Shown here: positions 43,635 to 55,493 of the stretch, one piece after another
Position numbering within the stretch: the stretch's first letter is position 1
How the letters are laid out: each line of letters opens with the position of its first letter
Origin: Macrostomum hystrix
Taxonomy: Eukaryota > Animalia > Platyhelminthes
Length of the DNA: 64,000 bases
Assembly (NCBI GenBank): GCA_950097015.1
Contig: CATNEN010000015.1
Coordinates: 1,302,001-1,366,000, forward strand
Reading direction: 5' to 3'
The notes under the pieces: model-generated
Told to the model about the DNA's origin: nothing
Databases searched by the model: none
What the model saw: the letters and a program-made list of their open reading frames with translations, nothing else
Position numbers and translations under genes: made by a program

Positions 43635-46324
43635 TCACAGCTCCAGCAGAAGCCGCACTGAGCGGAGAGTCAAAGCCCCGGAGCCTGAGTTCCATATCAT
43701 GTAGCTCGCGCGTGTTGTCTGTCCTGAAGGATATAGTCCGTTTGGATAGAAATGGTGGCATTCGTTGAACCACCACCCACCCTTGCCCCAAATATTCGAG
43801 CACGATCCGTCAATGAAGAGTCCTTCAATTTCGGGTTCCAGGGCTGAGGCTTTGTCGTTGTCGTTGTCGAAAGTGGAGAAGCGCGCTCCTTTGCTCTTCT
43901 CCATAGCATCGAATTCGACATTGGACCTCTTCCTCAGCATCTCTCGGTACGTCATCTCATATTTGGTGCTGGCGTTTCCCACCTGGAATCCAGCATACTC
44001 AGCATGCAGCTCAGTCCCATTCCACAGCTCCATCTCCACTCTGAGTGTGGTACCGCCAGCGCTCAGCGAGTGGATGGCGGAGAGACCTGCGGGATCGGAC
44101 AGAAGTCAAAGGCGCTGATGTGAATGGCCAGATTTAGCTGACAATCGATAAACAAATTGTAACACTGCAATAAATTGTAACAAGGTAACACTTGCATTCT
44201 CACATCGAAATTCTACCAGCTGTCTGATGATCAAATTCATACAATCTGAGTTTTTCTGTTCAACTGGAACAAACCTGTTTTCGAGAAAACTTGTTTTCTA
44301 ATACAAGTCCCTGAGAACTCAAAAGTTATTAGATTTAGAGAGTCCATTGAAGATGTACCTATAAGTCAGGTCTAAAGACCCACAGATCCAATTAAGTTTC
44401 CTGTGCTCCAGAAAGCAAAAGGCAACCACCCATCTTCAGCACCCAGTTGCCTCCCCTAAATACAACAAATGGGCTAGACAATTCTCGCCGCATGGGCAGT
44501 CCGTTTCATTATTTCATCATGAGGTCGACCTCACTAAAAATGGGTCAAACCATCTGGCTTGTCAGCCGATTGCTGCACTCTTCTCCGGACTGTTCTTGCA
44601 AGAGATTGATTGTTGAAATGTGATCGTCTTAATTCACCTTATTGTTTTCAACGCCTCACTTTACCAGTAAGATTGCTTTGTAACTCGCCTCGATTTAAAA
44701 GTACATCTTTCCTCCTCTCGTTCACTTCTGAATGAGATTCAGAGTTTCATTTCCGGAAAAAAACGGATAAATTTACTCACCAATCCAGAAATCTGTTTCG
44801 TCGCCGAAACCCGCCTCATACTCAACCCAGGTGCGTTGGAAACTGACGTTCCCTGTGTACCTCTGCTGGATCTTGATGAAGTACTGGCCAGCCTGGTTCA
44901 GACTGAGAAACTTCGAGGAGCCTTTTAGTAAGACAGAGCGTGGGTTCATATCACAATTGAGCCCAGCCCGCTCACAAACTTCTCCAGTTCGTCTCGTCCG
45001 CGGCTCGTCCGCCTTGGCAAGGCACAGCTGACTCGTCATGGACGTCACCTGCCACCCAATCAGGCAGGACAAGTTAAGTGGCTCGAAGCTCATAGTGGGT
45101 CTGAAAGAAAACGTTAAAAACATTTTTTATTTTTACTTTCCAAAAGAAAGTACATCTTTTCACAAACCTCAGCACATGGCATTGTTTCGCGAATCTGCAG
45201 AACAACTGAAGCTGAGCAGTCTTCCAGTCTGCTGACACCCTCAGCGGACCAATTAAGAAGCGAGAACTCAAGGCCGAGCTCACAATGCTCTGAGCACTCC
45301 ACAGTTTCATGAAGGTGACCGAGCGAGTAGAGAGATTAGCAAGCTGAGACCTCACAGCTTCCAATGTGGCCTCATCTTCCAGCACCAGATCCAGCTTGAG
45401 GTAGTACATGCTACTGCTGTTGTCATACATGACTGACTCGCTACCCCAGCTGCTGATGTTGTGGCAGAGCAGAGGCTCGATGAGGAAGTGGCCAATGATG
45501 TCGAGTCTCTGGTGCACTCGAGCAGTGCAGTTCCCGAGGTTGATCGAGCGGATGAACCGCAGCTGACGGCATGCCGGAAGGGAGTATTTCTGTCTCACCT
45601 CTTTCAGATCAAAGAAGGTCTGGTTCTGCAGCATCGGGCGGTAGCTAAGTTGATGGCAGGTGTAATTCACGGTCAGCATCAGGTTATTTAATATCACTGA
45701 TGGATCTGATCGAATTTTTGATCTGCGGAAAAGGTCGTGAGCTCCGATTTGCATTGTTGTGGGGCCAAATCGAATCTGCTCCCTACTTATCTGCACGAGC
45801 TTATTACTTGGAACTTACGCAAACTCCCCAGTGTCTTCGGCACGTGTACTTTGAAATCGGATGACACCCTTTGATTTGTTAGGGCTCCAAATGAATCTTT
45901 TAACGTTCACTGTGCCGAAAGTGGTTTCCATGGATGCTTGGATGCTTGAAATGGTCAGGAAGCTCACTGACCTCGGTGACAGGTGCTGCAGCTGGCGCTG
46001 AGCTGTTGCGAGCATTCCGGCATCCCTCAGCAGCACAGGGATACTCACGTACAGCTCGATAGTGGGAGATTCATAAATGATTTCTGGACTTAAGTTTTTA
46101 AGACTGTCCGTCACGCACATGACCGGCTCGACTGCCAAGTGAGGACCGTCGCTCGCTCCCGTGTCGTGCACGAACAGCGCGCAGCCGTTCACATTGAGCT
46201 GGGCGACGAAGCGGAGCTTCGGTGAGCCTGTGGCTGCGCACTGGGAGACCTGGCCAGCTGCCAGCGAGCAGAGCAGCAGAGCCAGCGCTGCAGTTTCCAC
46301 AACTTGCACACTGAAGGATTTCAT
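43635..46324 (-). pseudogene. Fibrinogen-related protein copy B (exons 46324-45168, 45100-44781, 44086-43635) with one in-frame TAA at 45815-45817
   Basis: Same architecture and intron phases as copy A; spliced length 1929 nt in frame. ORFs 45815-46324 and 45074-45796 share a frame and are separated only by the TAA. Confidence 0.8.
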
Positions 46325-46859
46325 TGCATTGCACAGAGATTTAGTTTGAAATCTTTCTATTTAGAGTTATGACGTTGCAGTTTGTGCAGAGCGTGAGGTC
46401 AATCTGTTTTTGAACGAGTGTTAAATACTCTCTGCTAAGTATGGGGTGATCGCTGCAGCACATTATTCATTCGCAAGGACTTGGCGGCTTGGTTTACGCT
46501 GTACCCGTGACAAACAATCCATTAAGTGCTGGAGTACTTTCTTCAGTCCTTGTGATTGTATATTGGTGCAAAGCAACTTGGACTGTGGACTGTCTAGCAA
46601 GCAGTTCAGCCCTGCTACACCGGAGTCTAGTGCACGGGTCCAAACTTTAGCTTTCTGTTTGATAACACATTCCCGCCGAGGCTTCCAACTGCGATCTTTC
46701 ATGTGAAGATTTTCCATCCAGTACAGTCTTTCTACGTTGAGAAAGGTTTCCTACCGAGACCCTTACAGTGATATTTTACCACAGCAGGAATTAGCTCGTA
46801 AAGCTGTGAAAGCCTAGGCTGGAAGTCATGGTGGTAAAAACTGCTGCGGAATGTCTCGG

Positions 46860-47310
46860 TGCGGGAAAAGCTTGACAGGAACAGGTCCTGTACTGTGGAA
46901 AAGTCTCGCAGACCCCAAAAACAGTAGGGAAAAGCTTGACGGGAACAGGTCCTGTACTGTGGGAAAGTCTCGCAGACCCAAAAAACAGTAGGGAAAAGCT
47001 TGACGGGAACAGGTCCTGTACTGTGGGAAAGTCTCGCAGACCCAAAAAACAGTAGGGAAAAGCTTGACGGGAACAGGTCCTGTACTGTGGGAAAGTCTCG
47101 CAGACCCAAAAAACAGTAGGGAAAAGCTTGACGGGAACAGGTCCTGTACTGTGGGAAAGTCTCGCAGACCCCAAAAACAGTAGGGAAAAGCTTGACGGGA
47201 ACAGGTCCTGTACTGTGGGAAAGTCTCGCAGACCCAAAAAACAGTAGGGAAAAGCTTGACGGGAACAGGTCCTGTACTGTGGGAAAGTCTCGCAGACCCA
47301 AAAACAGTAG
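46860..47310. repeat. 64-bp tandem repeat, about 7 copies
   Basis: Period of 64 measured at 46926, 46990, 47054 and 47118. Confidence 0.95.
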
Positions 47311-47923
47311 GCTAGACCCAAGCTCATTAAAGCTCATTAAAGGCCTGAAAATTTGATACTCGAATGACCTTTCTGTGACACAGGAACTACCTGCTTTAAG
47401 TGCTGAAGTACCTCAGATCTCAGATCCACAACATGCATTAGCAATCCACAGGCCGAGAAAATCGTTCTCACGTTCAGAGATGACGGAGCCAGAGACAGTC
47501 AGACAGGCAAACAGACAGGCAAACAGACAGGTGCACAGGCAGACAGTCAGACAGACAGGCGCTCAGGCAGACGGTCAGACAGTTTTTTTCGTTTCAGAGT
47601 TTTTATTTATAATGTATCAATAAGTTTTTTATCACTGAATCAAATTGCGCTGGTTTATGCTAAACATTTGAACTGCATTTTTAAAGTTACTAAATGTACT
47701 AAGAACGAATTTGATGTAATTTGCATACACGAGTCATCACAGTTTCAGTGCTGCTGAAACTTTTGTGCACGCGTTGCACTTTGCAATTTGCACTTTTCTC
47801 CACTTTAGCTAGCCCATCTATTAGGACACCTATTTAAATGACAGGAATGGTCAAGAGGTCGTTCTGGAAGCACTAAACACTGTTAGCTTTTTGTTTTGAA
47901 TTATTTTATTTTAATTTATTGAC

Positions 47924-50069
47924 TGTCTTGAATTCTTATGCAACAAATTGAGTCCTCGCAGTAAGAGCCCGTTCATACGGCTGTGAGCCAATTCAGGCCG
48001 AGAGTCAAAATATATTTAAGTTTAACAGAGCGATAAGGAAGGGGGGTTGGCGGTACGATAACAAGAGTGCGCGACTGAGGTTAGGAGAGGAGGCTAGAAC
48101 GTGAGCGGCGGACCAATCAGAGAGGAGGAAAGAAAGAAAGGATAGAGAATGAGAGATCAGCCGCAGAGATAACGAGAGAGAAAGAACTAGATTGAACTGG
48201 ACGATGTAAACAAGAAAAGTGCAGAGAACCAAAGAGTGAATAGAGGACAGAAGGCAGAGACGAAAGTCGCGACACTCCCCCAAAAAATGCAACATTTTTT
48301 AGAACAAGAGATTAGAAATAACTTAGTTAGATTCTCCATAGATTTACATTCTGATCTGCAAAACAGGCAAATTAAAGCAGAGATCAGACACTGAAGAGCT
48401 TCAAACAAATAGAGGTTGTTGGTTGAGAGTAAAATATAATACACCAATGGTTGTGAATACACAAAACTAAAACTTTTACGAATTCTTGCAGACGTTGATT
48501 TTACACACAAGCCTCGACGCGTAGAGTAGAGCCACAACTCTCCCCCCGAAAATGAAGAATGTTTTAATCGAAACTTTCAAATTTAAAAACTAATTTAACG
48601 AGAGAATTTCGCCCTATAAGGAAAAAACAAAATAATGCATTTAACGAACAAATATCAATTGATGTCTACAATATTATACTCGTGCAGACTATTGCGAAAC
48701 GAGGGAAGGCTAACGAGACAGACACCAACATAGGTTCTTCGATAAGTTAAACAAATTTTACTTTTTGAAACAACGAAGCATTTCTTGTAGAAAATGATAA
48801 AAAGATTTTTTTTCGAGCGTCCACAAACAAATAACGAAATGGAGAATATGAAACTCCTGCCGGCACTGCCAACGTAATGTAATGAAAACGAGCGAATGAA
48901 TCGTGCGGCAATCCCGAAGAACGAATGTGAGACTAGGAACCGGCGGTCACCACACGGGACGAAACTGAGGCGAGAAAAGATGAGACGAGACGAGGCTAGA
49001 CGAGGCGAGTCCTGTGGCGATCCCGGCGAACGAATGAGACCAGGAACCGGCGGTCGCCACATGGGACGAACTGAGGCGAGACGAGACGAGCTGAGACGAG
49101 ACGAGTCCTGTGGCGATCCCGGCGAACGAATGAGAGACCAGGAACCGGCGGTCGCCACATGGGACGAACTGAGGCGAGACGAGACGAGCTGAGACGAGAC
49201 GAGTCCTGTGGCGATCCCGGCGAACGAATGAGAGACCAGGAACCGGCGGTCACCACACGAGACGAAACTGAGGCGAGAAGAGATGAGACGAGACGAGGCT
49301 AGACGAGGCGAGTCCTGTGGCGATCCCGGCGAACGAATGAGAGACCAGGAACCGGCGGTCGCCACATGGGACGAACTGAGGCGAGACGAGACGAGCTGAG
49401 ACGAGACGAGTCCTGTGGCGATCCCGGCGAACGAATGAGAGACCAGGAACCGGCGGTCGCCACATGGGACGAACTGAGGCGAGACGAGACGAGCTGAGAC
49501 GAGACGAGTCCTGTGGCGATCCCGGCGAACGAATGAGACCAGGAACCGGCGGTCGCCACATGGGACGAACTGAGGCGAGACGAGACGAGACGAGACGAAG
49601 ATCGTTTTATGCAAAATCAATGCAGGCCGGCGGACGAGAACGACGCTGATGAGATGAAAGCCAGAAGGAGCTGGCAGAAAATAATTCTACATTTGGGTTC
49701 GATTTCGTTCGGGCGCCATGTCTTGAATTCTTATGCAACAAATTGAGTCCTCGCAGTAAGAGCCCGTTCATACGGCTGTGAGCCAATTCAGACCGAGAGT
49801 CAAAATATATTTAAGTTTAACAGAGCGATAAGGAAGGGGGGTTGGCGGTACGATAACAAGAGTGCGCGACTGAGGTTAGGAGAGGAGGCTAGAACGTGAG
49901 CGGCGGACCAATCAGAGAGGAGGAAAGAAAGAAAGGATAGAGAATGAGAGATCAGCCGCAGAGATAACGAGAGAGAAAGAACTAGATTGAACTGGACGAT
50001 GTAAACAAGAAAAGTGCAGAGAACCAAAGAGTGAATAGAGGACAGAAGGCAGAGACGAAAGTCGCGACA
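47924..50069 (-). mobile_element. Young non-autonomous LTR retroelement (2146 bp): 351-bp LTRs at 47924-48274 and 49719-50069, 5-bp TSD TTGAC
   Basis: LTRs TGTC...GACA differ by one substitution that I could see. Minus-strand PBS TGGCGCCCGAAC (49707-49718) directly follows the 5' LTR. Purine tract GGGGGAG precedes the 3' LTR. No gag or pol. Confidence 0.92.
48930..49600. repeat. About 98-bp tandem repeat (96-109 bp units, about 7 copies) inside the LTR element
   Basis: GTCCTGTGGCGATCCCGGCGAACG recurs at 49009, 49105, 49203, 49312, 49410 and 49508. Confidence 0.95.
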
Positions 50070-52117
50070 TTGACAAACAAGATATTATTGTACAAGTGTA
50101 TTTTCAACACATTTTTTAACAGAACTGAACACACCGGGGTGCGAAATAGTTAGACATTTACAAATAGCGCGCGTATATATTACGCGTACAATCAATAGTG
50201 AATAGTGAAAGCAGAAACAAAAGTTGATAAGCAATGAACAAGCATGGCAAAACGGAAACGTAAGCTTTCATTCCACGGCTCAGAGCACCCCACGGCTCAG
50301 AACCCCACGGCTCAGAGCACCCCACGGCTCAGAGCAGATTTTATGTATCTTGGCGACTATAAAAGGCCTGTGCTACGCGCACACACCTTTCCGTTCTGTT
50401 TCACGAAGTCTATTCCGCTCTCGTTCCCTCGCAAGTATTGAGAGAGCAATGGGGCAGTGTGTGCGAAGCCGCGCGTTGTAAGCATGTGGTCAGCCCGATT
50501 ACTTCTCTTGATCTCTCTTGCCTGACCGCAGCAGCCTCGCTGACGAAACGTTCCATCGGCACGGGTCGTCTAGAGGGATTGTTGTCGGGGAGCGCGTCTA
50601 GATAGGCACTGCTTGTTCTGCTGAGTACGCGACCTCGACCCCGAGGATCTCGCCGTTTGGCAAAGGAGAGGTACCGATAGGAATTGTCGGACCTTCGCAG
50701 AAACCACAGAACGGCTTCAACTGCAGAGAAGTCGCGGAATTAGGCCAGCTTAGGAATAATTATTGTACTACTTGTTGCTTGGTCATCTACCTCAGTAGTT
50801 TGGGATAGCAGAACACGGCCGACAGGGCGGAGATAGGAGGCGGGGTAATGCATTGAGTGGGTGCGCATATCTTTGCACTGGGTACGGCCATAGACTCCTA
50901 AATGAAAGCATCTGGACTGGAAGCGGAAAAATCATTTTTACTACATAGGGGCAACTTCTGTAACTTTATATGCATTATTATAATATTTAGGAATATTTAG
51001 GAGCTATTATTTAGATGCCAGTGTTTAGGAGTCTCTGGTACGGCGAACACAACAGAGATAGGAAGAGAGGCCGGCCTATCTATTTTCATTGGGGATGATA
51101 TGAAACTGCCGCATTAGCTCTGCGGAAATACGCGGTGACTGTGCTCACAGTCTCACCCTGCCCACTCCGCTAGTATATAAGGGTGGGGATTTTTTCTCGT
51201 TAAGAGAGGAAAGCTTTGTAAAATAACTATTTCGTCGAGGAAGTTTGAACTGCTGGCATGGATCTTAGCGATGGCTTGAAAGTTGAAGTGCAGGAATACG
51301 AAGGCAATAGAATCACCGGGAACTCAAGCCTGGAATCCCGGGATGTTTAACTTTAACTTTCGCCAATGGGAGAAGCTGGAGCAGCTGAAGCGTCAACTCG
51401 TTCAGTCTGCAGTCAACCGACAAAACGTCACTGCCAAGCTGGGCTCCGACAAGCTCGTGGAAGTCAGGCGAGGAGTCAATCTGGCTTAAACGCACGGAGG
51501 ATTTCCTGAGACGGAATGCCATCGAGATGACTCCCCGTCCGTGGCGAGCGCTGTGGTGCAATGCCGGCAGGCTCAGTAGTGGGAGCTGAGGGCAAACTCA
51601 CCGGGGTGCGAGTACGAGCTGGACCCTCGAGACATCGAGAACCATGTGAGCCAACACTCTAGTGAGGATGCGGACGATGAGAAGACGCTGCTGATCATCG
51701 AGTCAGCAACCTGCGAGCTGCTTTCACCTGCAGGTCAACTGTCGACACCCAAAGCATTCGGCTGCATCCCGCAGCAGGACAGCGACCTGTCTCAGGATCC
51801 TTGCTGTTGCTGGTACCAGCCATGCAGCTGCTGGGTTCAGTGGCAACTGCTTGATCGGAAGCTGCAAGCGCAAGCAGCCTGACCCATGCGTAGGAGCGAT
51901 GCGATCAAGTTTCCAAAGCTGACGGACGACTCAGATGAAAACAAGGACAACGAGTGAATCGGCAAGTGAAAAATATCAGGAAAAATATTTCATCAATACA
52001 GATTTTAGGCAGTTCTGCATTCAACAGGAAATCCTGGCCTTCCAAACAAATTGTGAGCAGAAAGCTGCAGTAATTGAGTGATTGAATAGAACATTGAAAA
52101 GTAAGATGTAGAGATAA

Positions 52118-52430
52118 GGGGTCGGTGGCAGAGCGGTTATCGCGTTTGCCTCTCGCACCACGGTCCCTAAGTTTGATTCCACGGCGAGGCCACATTTATT
52201 CAGGGCCCAGCCGCGGAGAGAAGGCTTGGGGGCTTGTCGTGCAATTTAAGCCTTTGACGGCCAACCTCCAAGGCACAGTGAAGTGTACATTGTCTGACGA
52301 TGAGAAAGTCAGGGCAGATGTATACACCGAAATGGGCAGAATTGCCTCCTCGCTGGCTGCGGGTCTAGTGTCACGAAATGATGTGCCATTGCCCGCAGCC
52401 CTCCTGCAATTATTTTTATTATTATTATTA
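52118..52430 (+). mobile_element. SINE family A, full length
   Basis: GGGTCGGTGGCAGAGCGGTT head, GTTTGATTCC B box, (ATT)n tail; homologous to 4882-5241. Confidence 0.85.
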
Positions 52431-53117
52431 AGAGTTGGAAATATTTTACTCACAAGAGCACACTGCACTGGATTGAAGTGTTGCCTAAGCTGGTGAAATC
52501 ATACAATACTTGCCACAGAAGCATCAAATGGCACCGTCTAGTGCTGGTTCGAGGTCTGGATGAATCTGTACGATAGCAAGGCAATCGAGACTGTACAGGG
52601 CCCCAAAAAGCCGAAGTTCAGTGAGCAACAGTCCGTGAGAATTTCAAATGCACCCATGCAGGCTGTTCCGAAAGGGATACAAGGCCAACTGGAGCGAAGT
52701 GGTGTACACTGTGGTGTGCAGGGCACCAAAGCACTACCCATGCATGAACAAGATCCTAAACATGAAGGGTGAAGAGATTGGCGGGCTCTTTCACGAGCAT
52801 GAGCTGCAGGCTGTTCCGGACTCGCTGCCGGCTACAACTCCACAGGCCGGGTGGATGAAAAGGACTTCAGAAAAGTGTAGATAAGCCGCAATTAAAGCAA
52901 CCAGATATAATGAGAAACATTGTCATCAACAGCAACCATGGTGAAGGTATTTCTATAGTGACTTTTTTTACCTTGCTTCTCCTCTTTACCTGGATCGCGA
53001 TGTGGACTATGAGGCAGCTCTTGGGGAAATCCATCTGCCTGCCGCATGGTTCAATCTTGACGAACCTTGCTGCATCTGTCTCAGATGGAAGAGAGCATGA
53101 TTCATGATTCATGATTC

Positions 53118-55493
53118 ATGATTCAGCTCTCTCGATTTGAATCGAGAGAGCTCGATTCAAATCACACTGTACTATTTGACAAACTATTGCAAACCACTCC
53201 TTGGGAGTCGCGACGATGCGTTATAAGAGGAATAGAGCACAATGAACCTCGCAGGACATTTGCTTATGGAAAGCCATACTCCTACTGTGGAGTAGAATGG
53301 AAAGAGAACAACAACTGGCCTGAGGAGCTGCTCCAGATTAAACAGTGCTTGTCAAAAGAATTTAATGTTGACTTCAACAGTGTCCTCCTAAATCTATATC
53401 GAGATGGACAAGACTCAATCCAGCTGCATCAGGATAATGAGAAGTGTCTCGGCATCAACCCAGTCATTGCCAGCCTGTCTCTTGGAGCTGAGAGATGCCT
53501 GACTGTTGAGAACACGGACGAAAAACGGCATTACTCATTAATAATGTCACCAGGCAGCATGCTGGTGATGCAAGGGGACTGTCAGACCAAGTTCAAACAT
53601 GGAGTCCTAAAGACGAGGGAAAGCGCACCACGCATCAACGTGACATTTCGCCACATTGTGCCTGAATTAAACGATGTACCAAGCCGCAACGAGCCGACGC
53701 CCTCAGAAACGAGTATGGACATTGCAGTAAAGACGCCTGAGCAGATAATCGATGAAAGGAAAAAATCTGAATCGACTGATGCAGCTGATGCCCACTTTGA
53801 CATCTCATTCCTCAGTCAGCCTCTTCAAGAAGCCAAGACGCGACTCGGGAAGCGGAAGCAAAAGCTGGCTGACAAAGAATCAGCTGCGTCCGCCGAAGAG
53901 ACGACCGTGTTAGAAGATGCGAGCTTTAAGGTCCCGAAGACCAAAAAGTTCCGAAAAAGGAGATCACCAATGAAGGGAGCTGACAAAAGCGATAAAGCCG
54001 TACAGACAGAGTTGATTCCAGTAGATGCAGCAACTAACACAGAGAACAACCTACTGATGGATACAGACTGGAAACGTTTGAAATCTCTCGAGGAAGGAGT
54101 CGCAGCGGTTCTCAGTGAAGTAAAACAACTGAAAAGTAGCTTGTCAATTGATGAGTACATTCAAAAGACTCGCAATGCGCTTCAATCCTTGACCACCGGT
54201 CTAATGCATCAGTTAGAGGCAAAAGCCAAAGAAAGTCAAACGGAACTACTGAAAGCGCTAAACATCACAAAATCCGACGTTGTGAACCATCTAAAGCAAA
54301 CAAGTAGCTCAACTAAGGATGCTATCATTAGCGAAGAAAGAGCAGTGAAGGCAGAAGTAATAAAAAGCCAACAAATCAGCCACAGCCTCGAGCAGAAGGT
54401 CGGTGAACTGGTCAGTCTGCAAGCGCTGGCGTTCACTAAGACGCAGAATGAAAGAGCAGGACGGGAAACATATGCTGAGAAGGCCTCGCGCTCAGTGAAC
54501 CCAACAGCATCTTCAAAAAATGTAACGATGGCAGTCAGTGCCAGTAAAAATGCAGAGAACGCATCAGGAGCTGTAGCAAGGGACTCGGAACCAGCTGAGG
54601 CAGAAAGCAACAGTTGTACCAAACAGAAAGTTAAAGAAGGCCTGAAAAAGCATGATATAGTCGTTGTCAGCTCAAAGCTAGGGAAAGCCCTTGACTATCG
54701 CAGACTCTTCCCGAATAGTACAATTCGAGTTGTCTACTACAACACTCAAGAAAGGCTCATTGAATTACTGCAAGAGCCAAACTTCAGTGCGCAAGAATGT
54801 CTGGTAATTGACTTAAACCATGAGCCATCAATGGAGGTGGCATATAAAGCTGTCACTGCAATTGACGCTGGGCAAAGGCAACACGGTGCGAATTGCCTGC
54901 ACCTACTCATCATCCCAGACAGTTCGACACGAACAGAACAACTCTTCGAGAAAGAACTGTGTGAGTATGGTGTTAAACATCAGCTTTTAACATTTAACTT
55001 TCATGAAATCCACTTCTACGACGGTGAACTCAACAGCAGCGGAGCGGACTTTTTGTTTGCGTTAATGTCCAAATGCATTCGAAATCTAAACCTGAAAGTA
55101 CGGCCGCATCCGGCTAACACAGAGAACCAGCGCCAGCAAACAGTGCATCACCGGCATCAACACAGCTACAGAGAGTCACGAGGCGGCGGTGCAACTGGCT
55201 ACAGGAACTATCGAGCGCATAGCAGCTACCCAGTTCGAGATGCCAATTACATCCGTAGCGAAATAGACCACCGCATCAGCACCAACGGCTATTTTGACAG
55301 AAGTCGTGCTAGCCGCTATCGAATCAGCAACGAGTACGACTACAACAAAAGAGACCGCAAAAACTTTATAAGTGGCTATCGCGCCAATATCGAGCCCAGC
55401 AACTACCGCAGAAGTAGCTTTGGGTACCGCAACAGATACCAACAAGTTGGTGTCAGGCGCCTCGACGACCGCCAGTTTCGTTGCGTCGACTAG
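53118..55493 (+). CDS. LINE ORF1 (791 aa): N-terminal AlkB-family 2OG-Fe(II) dioxygenase, basic linker, coiled coil, degenerate SGNH-like domain, R/Y-rich tail
   Basis: ALKBH2/3-type motifs EPRRT.AYG..YSY.G, FNSVLLNLYRDGQDSIQLHQD, PVIASLSLGAER, GSMLVMQG..Q..FKHGV, RINVTFR. N92, Y94, H104, D106, H161, R172 and R178 are all present. Confidence 0.88.
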   Translation: MIQLSRFESRELDSNHTVLFDKLLQTTPWESRRCVIRGIEHNEPRRTFAYGKPYSYCGVEWKENNNWPEELLQIKQCLSKEFNVDFNSVLLNLYRDGQDSIQLHQDNEKCLGINPVIASLSLGAERCLTVENTDEKRHYSLIMSPGSMLVMQGDCQTKFKHGVLKTRESAPRINVTFRHIVPELNDVPSRNEPTPSETSMDIAVKTPEQIIDERKKSESTDAADAHFDISFLSQPLQEAKTRLGKRKQKLADKESAASAEETTVLEDASFKVPKTKKFRKRRSPMKGADKSDKAVQTELIPVDAATNTENNLLMDTDWKRLKSLEEGVAAVLSEVKQLKSSLSIDEYIQKTRNALQSLTTGLMHQLEAKAKESQTELLKALNITKSDVVNHLKQTSSSTKDAIISEERAVKAEVIKSQQISHSLEQKVGELVSLQALAFTKTQNERAGRETYAEKASRSVNPTASSKNVTMAVSASKNAENASGAVARDSEPAEAESNSCTKQKVKEGLKKHDIVVVSSKLGKALDYRRLFPNSTIRVVYYNTQERLIELLQEPNFSAQECLVIDLNHEPSMEVAYKAVTAIDAGQRQHGANCLHLLIIPDSSTRTEQLFEKELCEYGVKHQLLTFNFHEIHFYDGELNSSGADFLFALMSKCIRNLNLKVRPHPANTENQRQQTVHHRHQHSYRESRGGGATGYRNYRAHSSYPVRDANYIRSEIDHRISTNGYFDRSRASRYRISNEYDYNKRDRKNFISGYRANIEPSNYRRSSFGYRNRYQQVGVRRLDDRQFRCVD

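Noticed and set aside
45791-45818. 28-nt GTAAGT...CAG micro-intron that would remove the stop in FReD copy B
   Set aside because: Removal shifts the frame and creates an immediate TAA; the flanking ORFs are already in the same frame.
1-47310. Palindromic cores (CTGTACAG, CCTAGG, CTGCAG, AAGCTT) in several minisatellite units as a shared mechanism
   Set aside because: Palindromes of 4-6 bp are expected by chance in 20-60-bp units, and some units lack them.
46860-49600. 64-bp and 98-bp repeats as possible CRISPR-like arrays
   Set aside because: The units are contiguous with no unique spacers, there are no cas genes, and the context is eukaryotic.
50340-52080. Short ORFs and LTR-like composition between the LTR element and the SINE
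   Set aside because: No domain motifs, terminal repeats or TSD could be established by eye.
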